From contig NC_090417.1 of assembly GCF_036365525.1 (NCBI RefSeq), positions 8,325,850 through 8,389,849 on the forward strand: DNA of 64,000 bases, in the 5' to 3' direction. The position numbers were made by a program, and so were the translations under genes. The stretch comes from Heterodontus francisci. Lineage: Eukaryota. This document shows positions 25,075 through 37,919 of the stretch, piece by piece. A model generated the notes under the pieces. The model did not search any database. It saw nothing but the letters and a program-made list of their open reading frames with translations, and was not told the origin of the DNA. How positions within the stretch are numbered: the stretch's first letter is position 1; each line of letters begins with the position of its first letter.

Positions 25075-25224
25075 CTGCAGCAAAGAGAAGGGAGACATAT
25101 GCTTTTCATTTAAAGTGTTGTATCAGCATCAATAATGTTACTACAACAGTGCGAATTTAGCAGCTGCTCTCCTGGTAAGCTAATGAAAGCCTCAGACTAC
25201 AGAAATAATATGCCATACCATTAC

Positions 25225-25395
25225 CTTAATCACTTTTCTGGAATGGTCCCCGATACTAGGAATCCCTTGGAGGTCAGCCATTCTGGTCACATTATATGGC
25301 AATGACTTTAGAATAGAAGATGCTCTTGTAAATGCCAGATCCCGTCCCTCATTCTCACATAACGCTGCATTTTCAGCCAGTATCTTCAATGCATC
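25225..25395 (-). CDS. POLM: DNA polymerase mu, exon 4 (8-kDa domain)
   Basis: cctag| DALKILAENAALCENEGRDLAFTRASSILKSLP...LQGIPSIGDHSRKVIK |gtaatg; 171 nt. EGR and G.HS.K/RV are Pol mu-type. Confidence 0.93.
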
Positions 25396-25877
25396 CTAGG
25401 CAAAGTCAAGACATCTAAATGCATTCAAATCAGTCCATTTTAGTGTATGCATTTCAACATAACCAGTTTCCATTAACTGCCAAGACTCCAAATTCATACC
25501 AAGGTTTGAAAGATAATAATTATTCCTATCTTACATGACATACATTTTGAGCCTGGAATTCTCTTCTCGTTTCACCCTTTCCCAAGTAGCCACTCATCAC
25601 CCATGTGGCCAGACAGTGCGTGTCAACAGAGAATAGAATGGTGCAAGTCCTCCCAGTCAATCACTGAACCTGTTCTGAACTGACTTCTCCCTACATGCGT
25701 TTTCAGGTAGCCAACATATGCAGCAACCTCAGCTGATATTGCCTCTCCCTCGGCATAGAAGTCATCAGTCTGGGTGTGACAAAGGGTCTCGGGTAACCCC
25801 ACATCTTTCATAATAATCACTGCAAAGTATTCTCAATGTTTGGGGTCAGGGGAGGAGGGTTATCTATAGATTATTAC

Positions 25878-25976
25878 CGTAAATAATCTGTTTTTATTGT
25901 TCAGCGTGGTCCTTCTTTGACAGGCGTATGGTGAAATAGGAGCCCCAATGTCAGTGGAAGCAGCAACTCCCTTTAC
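25878..25976 (-). CDS. POLM: DNA polymerase mu, exon 3
   Basis: ttttag| VKGVAASTDIGAPISPYACQRRTTLNNKNRLFT |gtaata; 99 nt; YACQR motif of Pol mu/TdT. Confidence 0.92.
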
Positions 25977-27151
25977 CTAAAATCAAACACAAGTAATATG
26001 TTTTGACTATTTTCAGCCACAAGAACATCCTACCCCTCCAACATAATCAGACCAACCATTAACTAATGACGCGAGAGCAATTAAGTGGGGTCTCTCTGTG
26101 ATGGAGATAGCTTTAAGATGATACGCCTGTGATGACAGATTGGAACACTTTGTTGCAAGACACGTCCACAATACTTCAAGACATTGTTGATGACTGAACA
26201 AACAACCTTCCTCAAAATAGAACCAGTAAAGGCAGACTGAGGGACACTCTGGGATTCGTCCCACTTGACTCCAGCTAACTGCAAGCCAATGGATGGGGTG
26301 GTTTTGGTGGACAAGGATTGAGAAGCTTACCAGTTGTATAAATTGGCAAACAGTCAATTTATTTGCTTCAACTCCAGCAGTACCAACGCTCAGACTCAGC
26401 ATCCCCAAGACTTGGTTCTGCCAACCTGCACCTAAACTTGGATAGATAAGTGGAGTATGTCCCTTATAATGGAGAATGTGCACTCATGCATGGCAAATAG
26501 AAACTACCTATTGGCATTCCTCAGTCACTTGAAATGGTTTCCTCATACCAAGACATGTGTCTGCCCAAAACTTTAAGGAGTGAAACTGGAATTTCAGAAA
26601 ACTCCATGGAATGTACCATCATTGATGGAAATTCACTTCACCTGCAAATATTTCCTGGGACTCTTGAGAATGTGTCTTCAGCATTTCAAACGCTTCAAGT
26701 TACTGAATTATTCAAAGCTCTGGCTTTCCTTATTCTGAATAATTGGATATATGCTACTCTTGAATACATTTGACTCTCCCTTCAGCCACAAAATTTTTTC
26801 TCCACTTTCTCCCTTCGTTTCCAAAAGCTGCTGGCTATGGATCCAAAGGGAATGTCAGCAGATTATTTTACCATGGAAGGGGAAAATCAAAGCCAAGCAT
26901 AATCCTGCCATTCATACACAGGTACTTTCCAGCAGGACACACCCATTTTTCCCAGGGACAGAAAGCAACTGCAGCACCCAACTACTGTCCAGTTAATATT
27001 CGTCAACGTGGACCAGGAATCAAATCTACTGCCTTCTCGTCTAGTACCACACCCCATATGGTGCACAAATCAATGAAACATCAAAGAAATTCTTAGCGAG
27101 TTCTTCACAGGAGCAAAACTGCACTTTCAAACAAGATTTGCAATAAAATAC

Positions 27152-27332
27152 CTGAAGCCGATGGCGATTTTCCAGTTCCAAGGGTCTACCTGCTTCCATG
27201 CTCTCAGTGAACCACGTGATCTCCACCAAAGCCGCTGTGAATTGAGTTCTGAGAATTCCACTCTGTTTTTCCAGCAACTCCAACACCTCATCACCCGCAT
27301 TATTCTCTGACACAACGTGAGTAACAGATTCA
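27152..27332 (-). CDS. POLM: DNA polymerase mu, exon 2 (BRCT domain)
   Basis: ttttcag| (S)ESVTHVVSENNAGDEV...EITWFTESMEAGRPLELENRHRLQ |gtattt; 181 nt. WFTES..AG.P...RHRL is Pol mu-type. Confidence 0.92.
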
Positions 27333-27395
27333 CTGAAAAGGGAAATAGTAAACTTCACAAATTTATAATTAACTAATGATGGCAATTTTGCAATT

Positions 27396-27490
27396 AAAAC
27401 GGAAAGCACTGCAAATACTCAGCAGGTCTGGCAGCATCTGTGGAGAGAGAAGCAGAGTTAACGTTTCGGGTCTGTGACCTTTCATCAGAA
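27396..27490 (-). mobile_element. Short Penelope pLTR-derived element with intact hammerhead-like core
   Basis: Minus strand TTCTGATGAAAGGTCACAGACCCGAAACGTTAACTCTGC; flanking CAATTTTG at 27383-27390 and 27491-27498. Confidence 0.8.
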
Positions 27491-27994
27491 CAATTTTGTA
27501 TTGTGTTCAATGTCTAATTCAGAACATGGATCAAGAACTGAATTCAAACAGGTGTCTATATCTGAAAGATTAACAAGTTTTTCTCTACAAATACGGGCAA
27601 ACACGGTGTACTTATAGTTTTTTCTACATTGCTTTTAAGGAAAAATGAACTGCTGAAACTCATCACTCAAGACACTTGGTCAACAGGACAAATTAGCTTA
27701 CTGGTCTAAGCAGCAACCAAATGCAGCTTCCCGAGGTGAAGTTAAGAGTTTTCTAAAATCATCGTGATACGCAGTTACAGTAGATTTATACATTCAGAGA
27801 TCAAAAATGTTTACATTTATGAATGAAAGGCCGACAGTTAGACAGTAAAACATGAAACAATTATCATCACTGAATAAATAGACCAAAGTCAAAGATGGGA
27901 AACAAGATCAGGCGTTAGCATCAGAGGTAAACTAATTAATCTGCATACAGTTAAAATTTGCATGTAAATCCTACCTTTAACATCTTTAAGGACC

Positions 27995-30900
27995 TTCCGA
28001 GAGCAGCAGAGAGGACTGGACCTGCGGGAAGAACACAGAGCGAGGAGCAGATAAATAGAGCCTGAGGATAGCGACCTAGAGCACTTACCTTCCGGGAGTG
28101 CAGCGGAGAGGAGTCCAGGTGCGCCAGAGTTTGAAATCAAAGTGAACAGTGATGTCATGGGAAAGCTGCAAGGTGATTGGTTGGTAAGTAACTGCAGTTA
28201 GGGAATAACTCTAAATAGCTGGATTCTTACACCACTGTTAGGGTGTGTGTGTAAATAGCTTAAGAATAAGGAACAGTGAGTAGCTTGTATATTATTTGAC
28301 TAAGGCTTATTTTAACTCGCGCACTGTATTTATTTTTAGTAGGATTCATCAGTACTAGTAAGGTTTTATTAATAATTCTAAGCTGTTGTAGTATTTAAAA
28401 GTTTTTTTTAGCAGTAGCAAAGGGTCAACTAATCAATAACAGAATGGCAGGGTTGCTTCAACCTCGAGAGTGCACCTTCTGTGCTATGTGGGAGCTCCAG
28501 GATGCTTCCTGTATCCTGGAGAACCATTTGTGCAGGAACTGTCGTCAATTGAAGCAGCTTGAGCTCCAGATTTTGGAACTTAAGCAGCAGCTGAAGACAC
28601 TGCGGTGCAGTCATGAGGACGAGAGCTACGTGGATAGCACGTTTATAGATGTGGTCACCCCACAGCTTAAGAGTATGCAGGGAGAGATGGAATGGGTGAC
28701 CACCAGACAGTCAAAGAAAGAATCAAGCTGGTTGTGCAGGAGACCCCTGAGTGCATCTTACTCTCCAACCGGTGTTCAGTTCTGAATACTGAGGAAAGTG
28801 ATGCTTCACCTGGGGAGTGCAGCCAGAACCAAGTCCATGGCACCACAGGTGGGTGCAGGAAAGACTGGAAGAGCCATAGTGATAGGTGATTCAATAGTCA
28901 GGGGAACAGACAGGCATTCATGTGGCCACAGACATGAATCCAGGATGGCGTGTTGCCTCCCTGGTGCAAGGGTCAAGAATGTCACTGAGCGGCTGCACAG
29001 CATCCTGAAAGGTGAACAGCCAGCAGTTGTGGTCCACATTGGAACTAACGAAAGATAGAAAGAAAGAGGGAGGTCTTGCAGTCAGAATTTCGGGAGCTAG
29101 GAAAGAAATTCGCAAGCAGGACCTCAAAAGTAGTAATCTCCGAATTACTCCCAGTGCCACATGCAAGTGAGAATAGAAACAGAAGGTTAAGACAGATGAA
29201 TGTGTGGCTGGAAAGGTGGTGCAGGAGGAAGGGCTTCAGATTCTTGGGACATTGGAACCAGCTCTGGGGGAGATAGGACCTGTACAGGCCGGACGGGTTG
29301 CACCTGAACAGAGCCGGGGCTGAGTTCCTTGAAGGACGTTTTGCTGCTGCTGTTGGGGGGGGTTTAAATGAGTTTGGCAGGGGGATGGGGACCTGAGGGT
29401 AGACTGAGCTGGGACAAAAATCAGACATTAAAATGGAAGGCGGAAAATTAATACACGAGTCTGCAAGACAGAGGAAACGAGGCTTAGAAAATAAAAATAA
29501 TTTGGCAGTGCTCAAGGGTGTCTATTTCAATGCAAGGAGGAAAGCAAATAAAGCAGATGAGCTGAGGGCACAAATAGACAAGTGGCAGTATGATATCACA
29601 GCCATTACAGAAACATGACTTAAGAAGGGACAGGAACAGCAGCTCAGTATTGCTGGTTACAGGGTTTTCAGACTCGATAGGGAGGGGAATAAGAAAGGAG
29701 GAGGAGTGGCAATTTTGGTCAAGGAAACTATACAGCTGTGAGGAGGGATGATCTGTTGGAAGATTCATCAAATTAGGCCATATGGACTGAGCTAAGAAAC
29801 AAAAAAGGGGCAATCACACTGCTGGGAGTGGACTATTGACCCCCTAACAGTCAGAGGGAGATAGAGCAGCAGATATGTAGGCAAATCTCTGACAAGTGCA
29901 AGAACAATAGGGCAGTAATAGTAGGGGATTTTAATTACCCCAATATTAACTGGGATAGTTTTAGTGTAAAAGGAATTGAGGGAGCAGAATTCTTGAAGTG
30001 CATTCAGGAGAACATTTTTGCCCAGTATGTAGCAAGTCCAACAAGAGAGGGTTCAGTTTTAGACTTAGTTTTAGGAAATGACGATGGGCAGGTCAGAATT
30101 CAGTCAGTTTTAACAGAATTATGGAAAAGGATAGAGTTAGAACAGGAGTTAGAATTCTCAATTGGGGCAAGGCCAATTTTACGAAACTGAGGAGTGATAT
30201 AGCAAAAGTGGACTGGAAACAGCTACTTGAAGGTAAATCAGTGTCATAACAGTGGGAGGCATTCAAAGGGGAGATTCAAGGGATTCATAGTCAACATGTT
30301 CCCAGAAAGAAAAAGGGTCAGGCGGCCAGATCTAGAGCCCCATGGATGTCAAGGTGCCTACAATTTAAGATCAGGCAGAAAAGGAAAGCTGAAGTCCGAC
30401 ACCGAGAACTCAATACTACAGAAAGCCGAGAGGAGTATAGAAAGTGGAGGGGTGAAATCCAAAAGGAAATTAGTAAAACAAAGAGAGGGCATGAAAAAAT
30501 ATTGGCAAGCAAAATCAAGGTGAACCCAAAGATGTTTTATCAATACATTAAGAGCAAGAGGATAACTAAGGAGAGAGTCGGGCCCATAAAAGACCAAAAA
30601 GGTAACCCAAGTGTAGGAGCGGAAGATGTTGGTCTGTCTTCACAAAAGAGGGGGACGATGCAGATATTGTGGTTAAGGAGGAACAGCGTGAAGTATTGAA
30701 TGTGATAAACATAGGGAGAGAGGAAGTATTAATGGGATTAGCATCCTTGAAAGTTGATTAATCACCAGGGCCAGATGAAATGTATCCTCGGCTGTTAAAA
30801 GGAGGAAACAGCAGAGGGTCTGACCATCATTTTCTAGTCCTCACTGGATACAGGTGTGGTGCCTGAAGATTGCAGAATTGCTAAATTGTACCTCTGTTTA

Positions 30901-31300
30901 AAAAGGGAGCGAAGGATAGACTGAATAAATACAGGCCAGTCACTCTAACCTCGGTAGTGAGCAAATTATTGGAATTATTCTGACAGGCAGGATAAACCGT
31001 CACTTCGAAACGCACAGATTCATCAAGGACAGTCAGCATGGATTTGTTAAGGGACGATCTTCTCTGACCAACTTGATTGAATTTTTTGAAGAAATAACAA
31101 GGAAGACAGATGAGGGTAGTGCAGTTGATGTGGTCTACATGGATTTTAGCAAGGCTTTTGACAAGATCCCGAATGGCAGACTGGTTACAAAAATAAAATC
31201 CCATAGGATCCAGGGAATTGCAACAAGGTGGATACAAAATTGGCTCAGTGGCAGGAAACAAAGGGTAATTGTTGACGGCTGTTTTAGCAACTGGAATGCT
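27995..31300 (+). mobile_element. Long degenerate CR1 LINE: 5'UTR, ORF1 (zinc finger/leucine zipper + esterase), APE endonuclease, N-terminal RT
   Basis: C..C.MWE...HLC..C..L..LE (28444), IVIGDSIVRG, VVHIGTN, YFNAR..., AITET, GDFNYP.I.W, LDLVLGN, YMDFSKAFDK. Confidence 0.9.
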
Positions 31301-33605
31301 GGAAGGTGGGATCATCATAGGTGGATCGTTTTTTGGCCGGCACAGACACGCTGGGCCAAGTGGCCTCTATCTGTGCCTTAAACTTCCTATGATTTTGATG
31401 ATTCTGACATAGAAAATTGGCCCAAAGTACACACAGAGAGGCAAAGTAAAATAGATGCCCAGACAAAGGAGGAGGAGATATTAGGACTGATGCAAAAAAT
31501 TTGGTCCAAGATCTAGGTTTAAAGGAGGTGGAGGGGCAGAGATGTTTCGGGAGGAAATTCCTGAGCCTGGTCCCTCGGAAGGCACAGCTATTAATAGTGG
31601 GGCAAAAGGAGCACAGAATTCTAAGATAGGAAAATTGGAGGGAGGGCTGCAAAAGGTTATAGAGGCAGGGAAAGATTACACCATGAAGGATTGAGAGGAT
31701 GAGATTTTCCATTTTGAGGCGTATGGGGACTGTGTGTCAATACAGGTCCTTGCGGACAGAGCTGCTAGACTATTGGGGGCTAGAACCCTGGCTGAGTTTT
31801 ACCTTCCGAAGCTAAGTGTGCCAAGGCCAACTGTAATTTCCTACTCAGTGTGTTGGAGACAACAGTTATGATGTTCAAATTTTGCACAGCCTCCATTAGC
31901 AGCTCGAGTGCCAGAAAAATTAAATCCTGTCCTCAGGTTTGCCTCCTTTCATTTGATAATGCCAGGTGCAATAGCACATTACCCTGAGTAAAATACCAAG
32001 AATATTGTGGAACACAGTAGATTATGCAGCTATAATTCATGACCATCAGTTCTTCCTTTCACGCTGTTTCAAATTTCCATTTCCAAAAGCTGTGAATTAA
32101 AGGATTTAATTGCACTAGTGATGAATCTTGATGCCAATGGTTATTAACTAAACTTCAACAGCACAAACACATGAAAATTAGTTTGGCTAATTTGTGAATG
32201 AAGAGCTCAGGATGACAAAAGCAGTTTTAAGATTGCCTAAATGTTTAGCTTTTTTCATTCCCCTTTCTGCAGCAGTTACTATGAAGCTGGGAACAGCATG
32301 TAAACCAGGTTTAGTGGAATTCTGCTACATTACAGAAGACAGTGCACACAGAAAACAGTAGTACTTAAAATATCCAGAAAAAAATAAAAATTAGATTATT
32401 CATTTAATTTCTTTATTTTGCTCCCCTCCTAAAGGCAATGTCACGCAGCTGTGATGCCTCTGGTAGCTTACCCAAGTGTCTCTGAGTGATGATCGGCAAA
32501 CTATTCAACTACCATGCATTCCACCCCAATCCTATTCTCATCCAATATATATATACCCATATGCATTTCTAGCAAGGTTGCTGGATGTCAATCAGAACCT
32601 GTAATCTACCAAGTTTTTCCCTATCTCACTCAGGAATACTAAGTGCATGTTTGTAAAATTCCTACTGTTATGAAGATCAACCAACTCAACACGAACCAAT
32701 TGTTCACCAAAGGCATTCCTGTTCTGTCGGCTCAGCTGCTAACTAGTTCAACTTGCTCAGTTATTAAGGGAGCTAATGTATTTCAATAATTTTCTATGAA
32801 AAGAAATACTATATCTAGTAGGTGCTGTAGTTTTATTCAGCACTTGTCTAACAGCGAAATACCTCCTTCTCAATCAAGTTATGCCACCAATATTATGTCG
32901 CTTACCAGCAATACAGGAGACTCAATCCTTTAATTACAATAAAGCTGTGGTCCAATCAACTTATACTTCATGTAACGCATGCAGAACCCACTCAGTATAC
33001 AGCATCTCTACTCCATCTACCTTTGAGACTCTACAGCAAAAGAGACACTTTTCAACTTTACTTGCACTGAACAAGTCAAAGAATGCACGTTGCATCACAT
33101 GTTGTGACATGTTGTTGAGTAACTTACTGCAGTAAATATACTGCTTCTGATTTCTTAACAGTTCAAGTTTTTTTTGTTGCACTCAACACCTTTCCTAATT
33201 ATTGAGAAAGTTCAGTGAATAATGTGAATCGCTTTACAATGCCTGAAAAGGATGCCTTTTCCTCCGGTGTCGTGAAAGGCCCTCGACTGCAAACAAAATG
33301 ATTTTAATAAGAGAATGTGTATATGCAAAACCAGTTTTGTACCATGAAAACTCAAATAGTCTTTTGACCTTCGGTATGCCTGAAATCTATCTGCACAAAC
33401 TCAAACTCCACTTTCCCATGTCCTTGCCAGTCTCTAAAATCACTCCATTCCCTCAGTGCACTGATATCAAAATTCCTCCTTGGCTTTCTTCCATCTTACC
33501 TCTGAAATTTTCTTCAGTCCTGCAGCCCTGCTCATATTCCCAAGGTCTACTGGATTGCCCGCACTTCACCCACCTCCCAACCCAAATCAGTATCAGTATT
33601 CTGCA

Positions 33606-33787
33606 ATAAAAGCAAAATACTGCGGATGCTGGAAATCTGAAGTAAAAACACTAAGTGCTGGAAATACTCAGCAGGTTCATCAAGGTTCTGATGAAAGGTC
33701 ACAGACATGACATCTTAACTCTGCTTCTCTCTTCATAGATGCTGCCAGATCTGCTCTGTAATTCCAGCACTTTCTGTTTACATTTCA
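33606..33787. mobile_element. Two head-to-head Penelope pLTR fragments
   Basis: 33606-33676 is the pLTR tail in minus orientation; 33685-33787 starts GTTCTGATGAAAGGTCACAGAC in plus orientation. Confidence 0.7.
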
Positions 33788-34041
33788 TTGTTCTGCAATG
33801 CTTCCCAAATCCTTGTGTTGTTTCTTCTCTCCCCCACTTCAAAATCCTTAAAACATATGTTTTGACTTTGCATAACAAGAATTTCCCCCATTCTTGCTTA
33901 TTGTGCATTCCGCATCTCATTAAAACACTTGATGACAATTCACTTTATTTGTCCAAGTTGAGTTAAACTTTCCATTAGCATAATTTAAAAGGAGATGGAG
34001 TTGTCATACTCTGGTGCAACAAACATATTCAGCTGACTCAC

Positions 34042-34253
34042 CTCATCTGTTCTTCGACTCGAAATCCCTTTTTCCGAGCGAGCTCTGTGAGGAAGCTTCT
34101 CCTGCTTGACCCCATCCTCCTCTCCACCAAAAATATGCCAACTTGACTGAACTTTACCACAGTACCAACTGGGCCGTCTCTACCCAAAGGCTCTCGGAGC
34201 ATAGTAGAGTGAGCAGGATCTTTCCGCCTCTTCTTACAAGGCAACAAGGCCAT
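34042..34253 (-). CDS. POLM: DNA polymerase mu, coding exon 1 (NLS + start of BRCT domain)
   Basis: Kozak cccaccATGG; MALLPCKKRRK...VKFSQVGIFLVERRMGSSRRSFLTELARKKGFRVEEQM matches the Pol mu/TdT BRCT start; donor AG|GTGAGT; 212 nt, phase 2. Confidence 0.9.
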
Positions 34254-34504
34254 GGTGGGCTAAGAGACAGAGGATCTGTCAACCTGATGGAGGGAAGGAA
34301 AAGATGTCAAACTCTCGAGTAGCAAGGCTGTCAAGCAGACAGTTAATGTCAGGAGTGAAATTCAACACAGACCCCCAAACAGGCACAGAGCTATGAATTA
34401 CTGCTTCATAGGACTGATGCTGAAGGATGACATTTCATTGACGAGGGGAACTTTGTAAAAGGCAGTTGCACAGGGCCTTCTTCACGATAAGAAAGGTCAC
34501 TCAT

Positions 34505-34670
34505 ATTAAATCGGCCCGATGCAGCTGGAGAACGAAAACTCAGCTCCGGCACGCGCACGCGTACTCCCTCCTCAGGCTGACGGGAAAGCAGAGCACGCGC
34601 AATACGCATGAATCACGAGACCAGGAAAGGCGGCGGCGCCTGTCAATCACCCTGCGAGTGGCTGGCAGGG
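34505..34670 (-). promoter_or_regulatory. Probable POLM promoter (small CpG-rich island)
   Basis: Local CpG enrichment 250-420 bp upstream of the ATG. NRF1-like GCGTGCGCGTGC at about 34549-34560 and an exact PBX/PREP decamer TGATTGACAG (minus strand, 34640-34649). An acceptor-like ccctccatcag near 34284 suggests a short 5'UTR intron. Confidence 0.55.
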
Positions 34671-35684
34671 TCATCTTCACAAAAAACCGACTCAGACACT
34701 AAACTGCATTAACGAGCTCTACTCCAATTAACAACTTCTACCATCATGAAGTTCAATATCATAATCATGACAAAAGTAGATTGATCCTTGCAAGTCAACA
34801 AAATCTAAGTCAGCACAAGCACAACAAAAAATTTAATAGTAAGCGTAACAATCTCTCAGTCTCAAGCTGAGTTTTGCTTGATTTACAATGTGACAGTTTC
34901 ACAAAGAAACATTCAATGTCCAAGATTACAGGATGGACTTAACTTGGATACTTCTGAGCACAAACCAGAGATTGATTCTGAGACCTGATTAACCATTGGG
35001 AAACCTTAAAATGTTTTTTTTTCATGTCCAAATTACTGAAAAGATGAATTATTCAGGTTCAGGCAGGATGTTGCGATAAAATGTTTATTTTAACGTCAGG
35101 TATTCTGAAGGTTAGCTCTGACCTGGTTCTTGCTGTTATTTTATTCTATGACTGACCTCACTAATATTGGACACTCAGAATACTTTTCACATCGACAGGA
35201 CATTCCCCTTTTTACCTGATCTTCCCAGGCCTTGCGAGCACCATGCAGAGGCCTGGGTAAGCAACTCTCTGAGCTTGACAAGTGTCATAATAAGCTGACT
35301 GCTTGGGATGCATTAAGAAGGCCAAGACTGACTGTTCCCTATAATTTCCATCTGCTCTGTGGGGAAGTAAACCAGACCTCCCCACGGAAATGAAACTGAG
35401 ATTGGCGACTCAATAGTGTAGGCAGTGACAGATGTGATATATGAAGTAAGGAACCTTTGCACTGGACTACCGCCAAAAGCTGAAATCCAACTCATGGGTT
35501 GGCATGTGAGAAATCTGAAAAGAGTACACAATATAATATTGGTCAAAACAATACATTGAAGCAAGGAAAGACACAAGTAGAACTTCGGATTTGCGGCAGA
35601 GGGAGGTAGGTTAGACAATTCTGAATTAAATATAATTCTGTTTTATATTTTGCCTCGTTCAATTTTCCTCTTCGAAAAGAAAAA

Positions 35685-36005
35685 ATACTTGAATTTACAT
35701 AGCACTTTTCATGACCACCGGATGTCTCAAAGCACTTTACAGCCAATGAGGTATGTTTAAAGTGTAGTCACTGTTGTAATGTCAGAAAGGTGGCAGCCTA
35801 ATTGCACACAGCAAACACCCAGAAACCACAATATGCTCATAACCAGATAGTGTCCTTTTGGGATGTTGATTGAGGGATAAATATTGGCCAGGACACCGGA
35901 GATAAGTCCCCTGCTCTTCTTTGAAATAATGCCATGGGATCTATAACATCTACACGAGCAGATAGATGGGCCCTCAGTTTAATGTATCATCCGAAAGATG
36001 CCATC
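35685..36005 (-). mobile_element. DeuSINE-type SINE (partial)
   Basis: Similar to 1-310. Confidence 0.7.
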
Positions 36006-37364
36006 TGATTCTTTTTGGGTTACAGGTCCATGATATAGATCATTGACCATTATTTCTGCTTTTCCCAAGTACCCATTCAAAGGCCAGACCAAGTGCATTG
36101 GCAGCCTACTTGTCATCAGCAGCAGGAAAGTCAAGCTGCATCTTATGCTCCCCAACAACTACATATTTTCCAGCAGGCGTCACTGGGTAGTGAAGCTTTA
36201 CTTCCTCCAGAATTCAGGTCATTGAGGTCAATTGCAACCTTCCGAGATCAGCTCATGCAGCAACACATAGATATCAAACATAAAAGCATCTGATCTGTGA
36301 CTCGGCAATACAGAGGTCAGTGGAATTACAGGTTGAGCCAGAATAAAACTAATGCCAAACATAATTAGTTTCCGTGCACATTCTCACTAAGGCCACAAAA
36401 ACCATATTTCTTCAAGAGTTTATATTCCACAGACAAAAGAGTGGCAGAGGAAATAGTTAGGGTCAGGTGAGTCAAAGGCACAGATAAAGAGAGAGGGATT
36501 GAGGCAACTTTTGAAAGCAGGAAGCGAAGTGGTGAAAAGAATGGAACTCGACAGACACTTTCAGAGGTTAAGGGCATATTGGCTGATGATAGAGTCATAG
36601 AGATTTACGGCATGGAAGGAGGCCAGAGAGCCCATCGTGTCTATGCCAGCCGAAAATGAGCTATCCAGCTTAATCCCACTATCCAGTTCTTGGTCCGTAG
36701 CTTTTTAGGTTCTGCCACTTCAAGTGCATATACAGTACTTTTTAAATGTCCTGAGGGTGTCTGCCTCTACTGCCCTTTCAGACCCCCACAAATGCCTGCA
36801 TGAAAAAAGTTCTCCTCAAATCCCCTCTCATCCTTCTACCAATTACCAACCCCCCCCCCCCCACCCCCACCCCACCGCAGCCCAAGCTCCATTATTTCTA
36901 GCTTTTCACCATAAAGAAACCTGTTATATCCTTTTTAGATCCAAAGTGATGACCTCACATTTGCCTACACTGAAATCCATTTGGATTACATAGGATATAT
37001 GGCACAGAAACAGGCCATTCGGCCCAACCAGTTCATGACATACTTTGCCACAGATTTTCCCATTCACTTAATCTTTCAATATCTCTTCGTAATTTTAAGC
37101 TTCCATCTGCTTGCTTACAATGCTGCCTATATTTGTGTCATCGGCAAATTTGGATATGTAGCTTCTATCCCATCAACCAAGTCAATAATAAATATGGTGA
37201 ATAGTTGAGGCCCAACACAGATCTTTGCAGGACATAGTCATCACATCCTACCAATTAGAGTGCCTGCTGCCATTATCCCTACTGCCACTTAGCCAATCTC
37301 CTGTCCAGGTGAATAATTGGCCTTCAATTCCATGTATTTCAACATTACCTAACAGTCTTTTTTA

Positions 37365-37686
37365 TTTAGAGATACAGCACTAAAACAGGCCCTTCGGCCC
37401 ACCGAGTCTGTGCTGACCATCAACCACCCATTTATACTAATCCCATATTCCTACCACATCCCCACAATTCCCCTACCACCTACCTATCTATACTAGGGGC
37501 AATTTATAATGGCCAATTTACCTATTAACCTGCAAGTCTTTGGCAGTGGGAAGAAACCAGAGCACCCGGTGAAAACCCACGCAGTCACAGGGAGAACTTG
37601 CAAACTCCACACAGGCAGTACCCAGAATCGAACCCGGGTCACTGGAACTGCAAAGCTGCTGTGCTAACCACTGCGCCACTGTGCCT
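37365..37686 (-). mobile_element. HE1/V-SINE-type element nested in an old CR1
   Basis: GGCACAGTGGCGCAGTGGTTAGC...GGGTTCGATTC head; near-identical to 9285-9615. Confidence 0.85.
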
Positions 37687-37919
37687 TCAAATGCCTTCTG
37701 GAATTCCCTATAAATAACATCCATAGACATTCCCGGTCCACTTTCAGTCATCTCTTCAAAAAATTGCATCAGGTTCATCAGGTGTGACTGACCTGTCAGG
37801 CATGATCCACTCCTTACAAATCCATACTGGCTCTCTCTGATCAGCTGAAAGTTCCATTTGCTACTTTTCTTCCCATCTGACCAATCTATTGAAGCTTCTT
37901 GCAGTCTGCAGCTTTCTTT

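Noticed and set aside
26013-27096. Several 80-156 aa ORFs in POLM intron 2
   Set aside because: No recognisable domain or splice-consistent exon chain; probably decayed repeat sequence I cannot classify.
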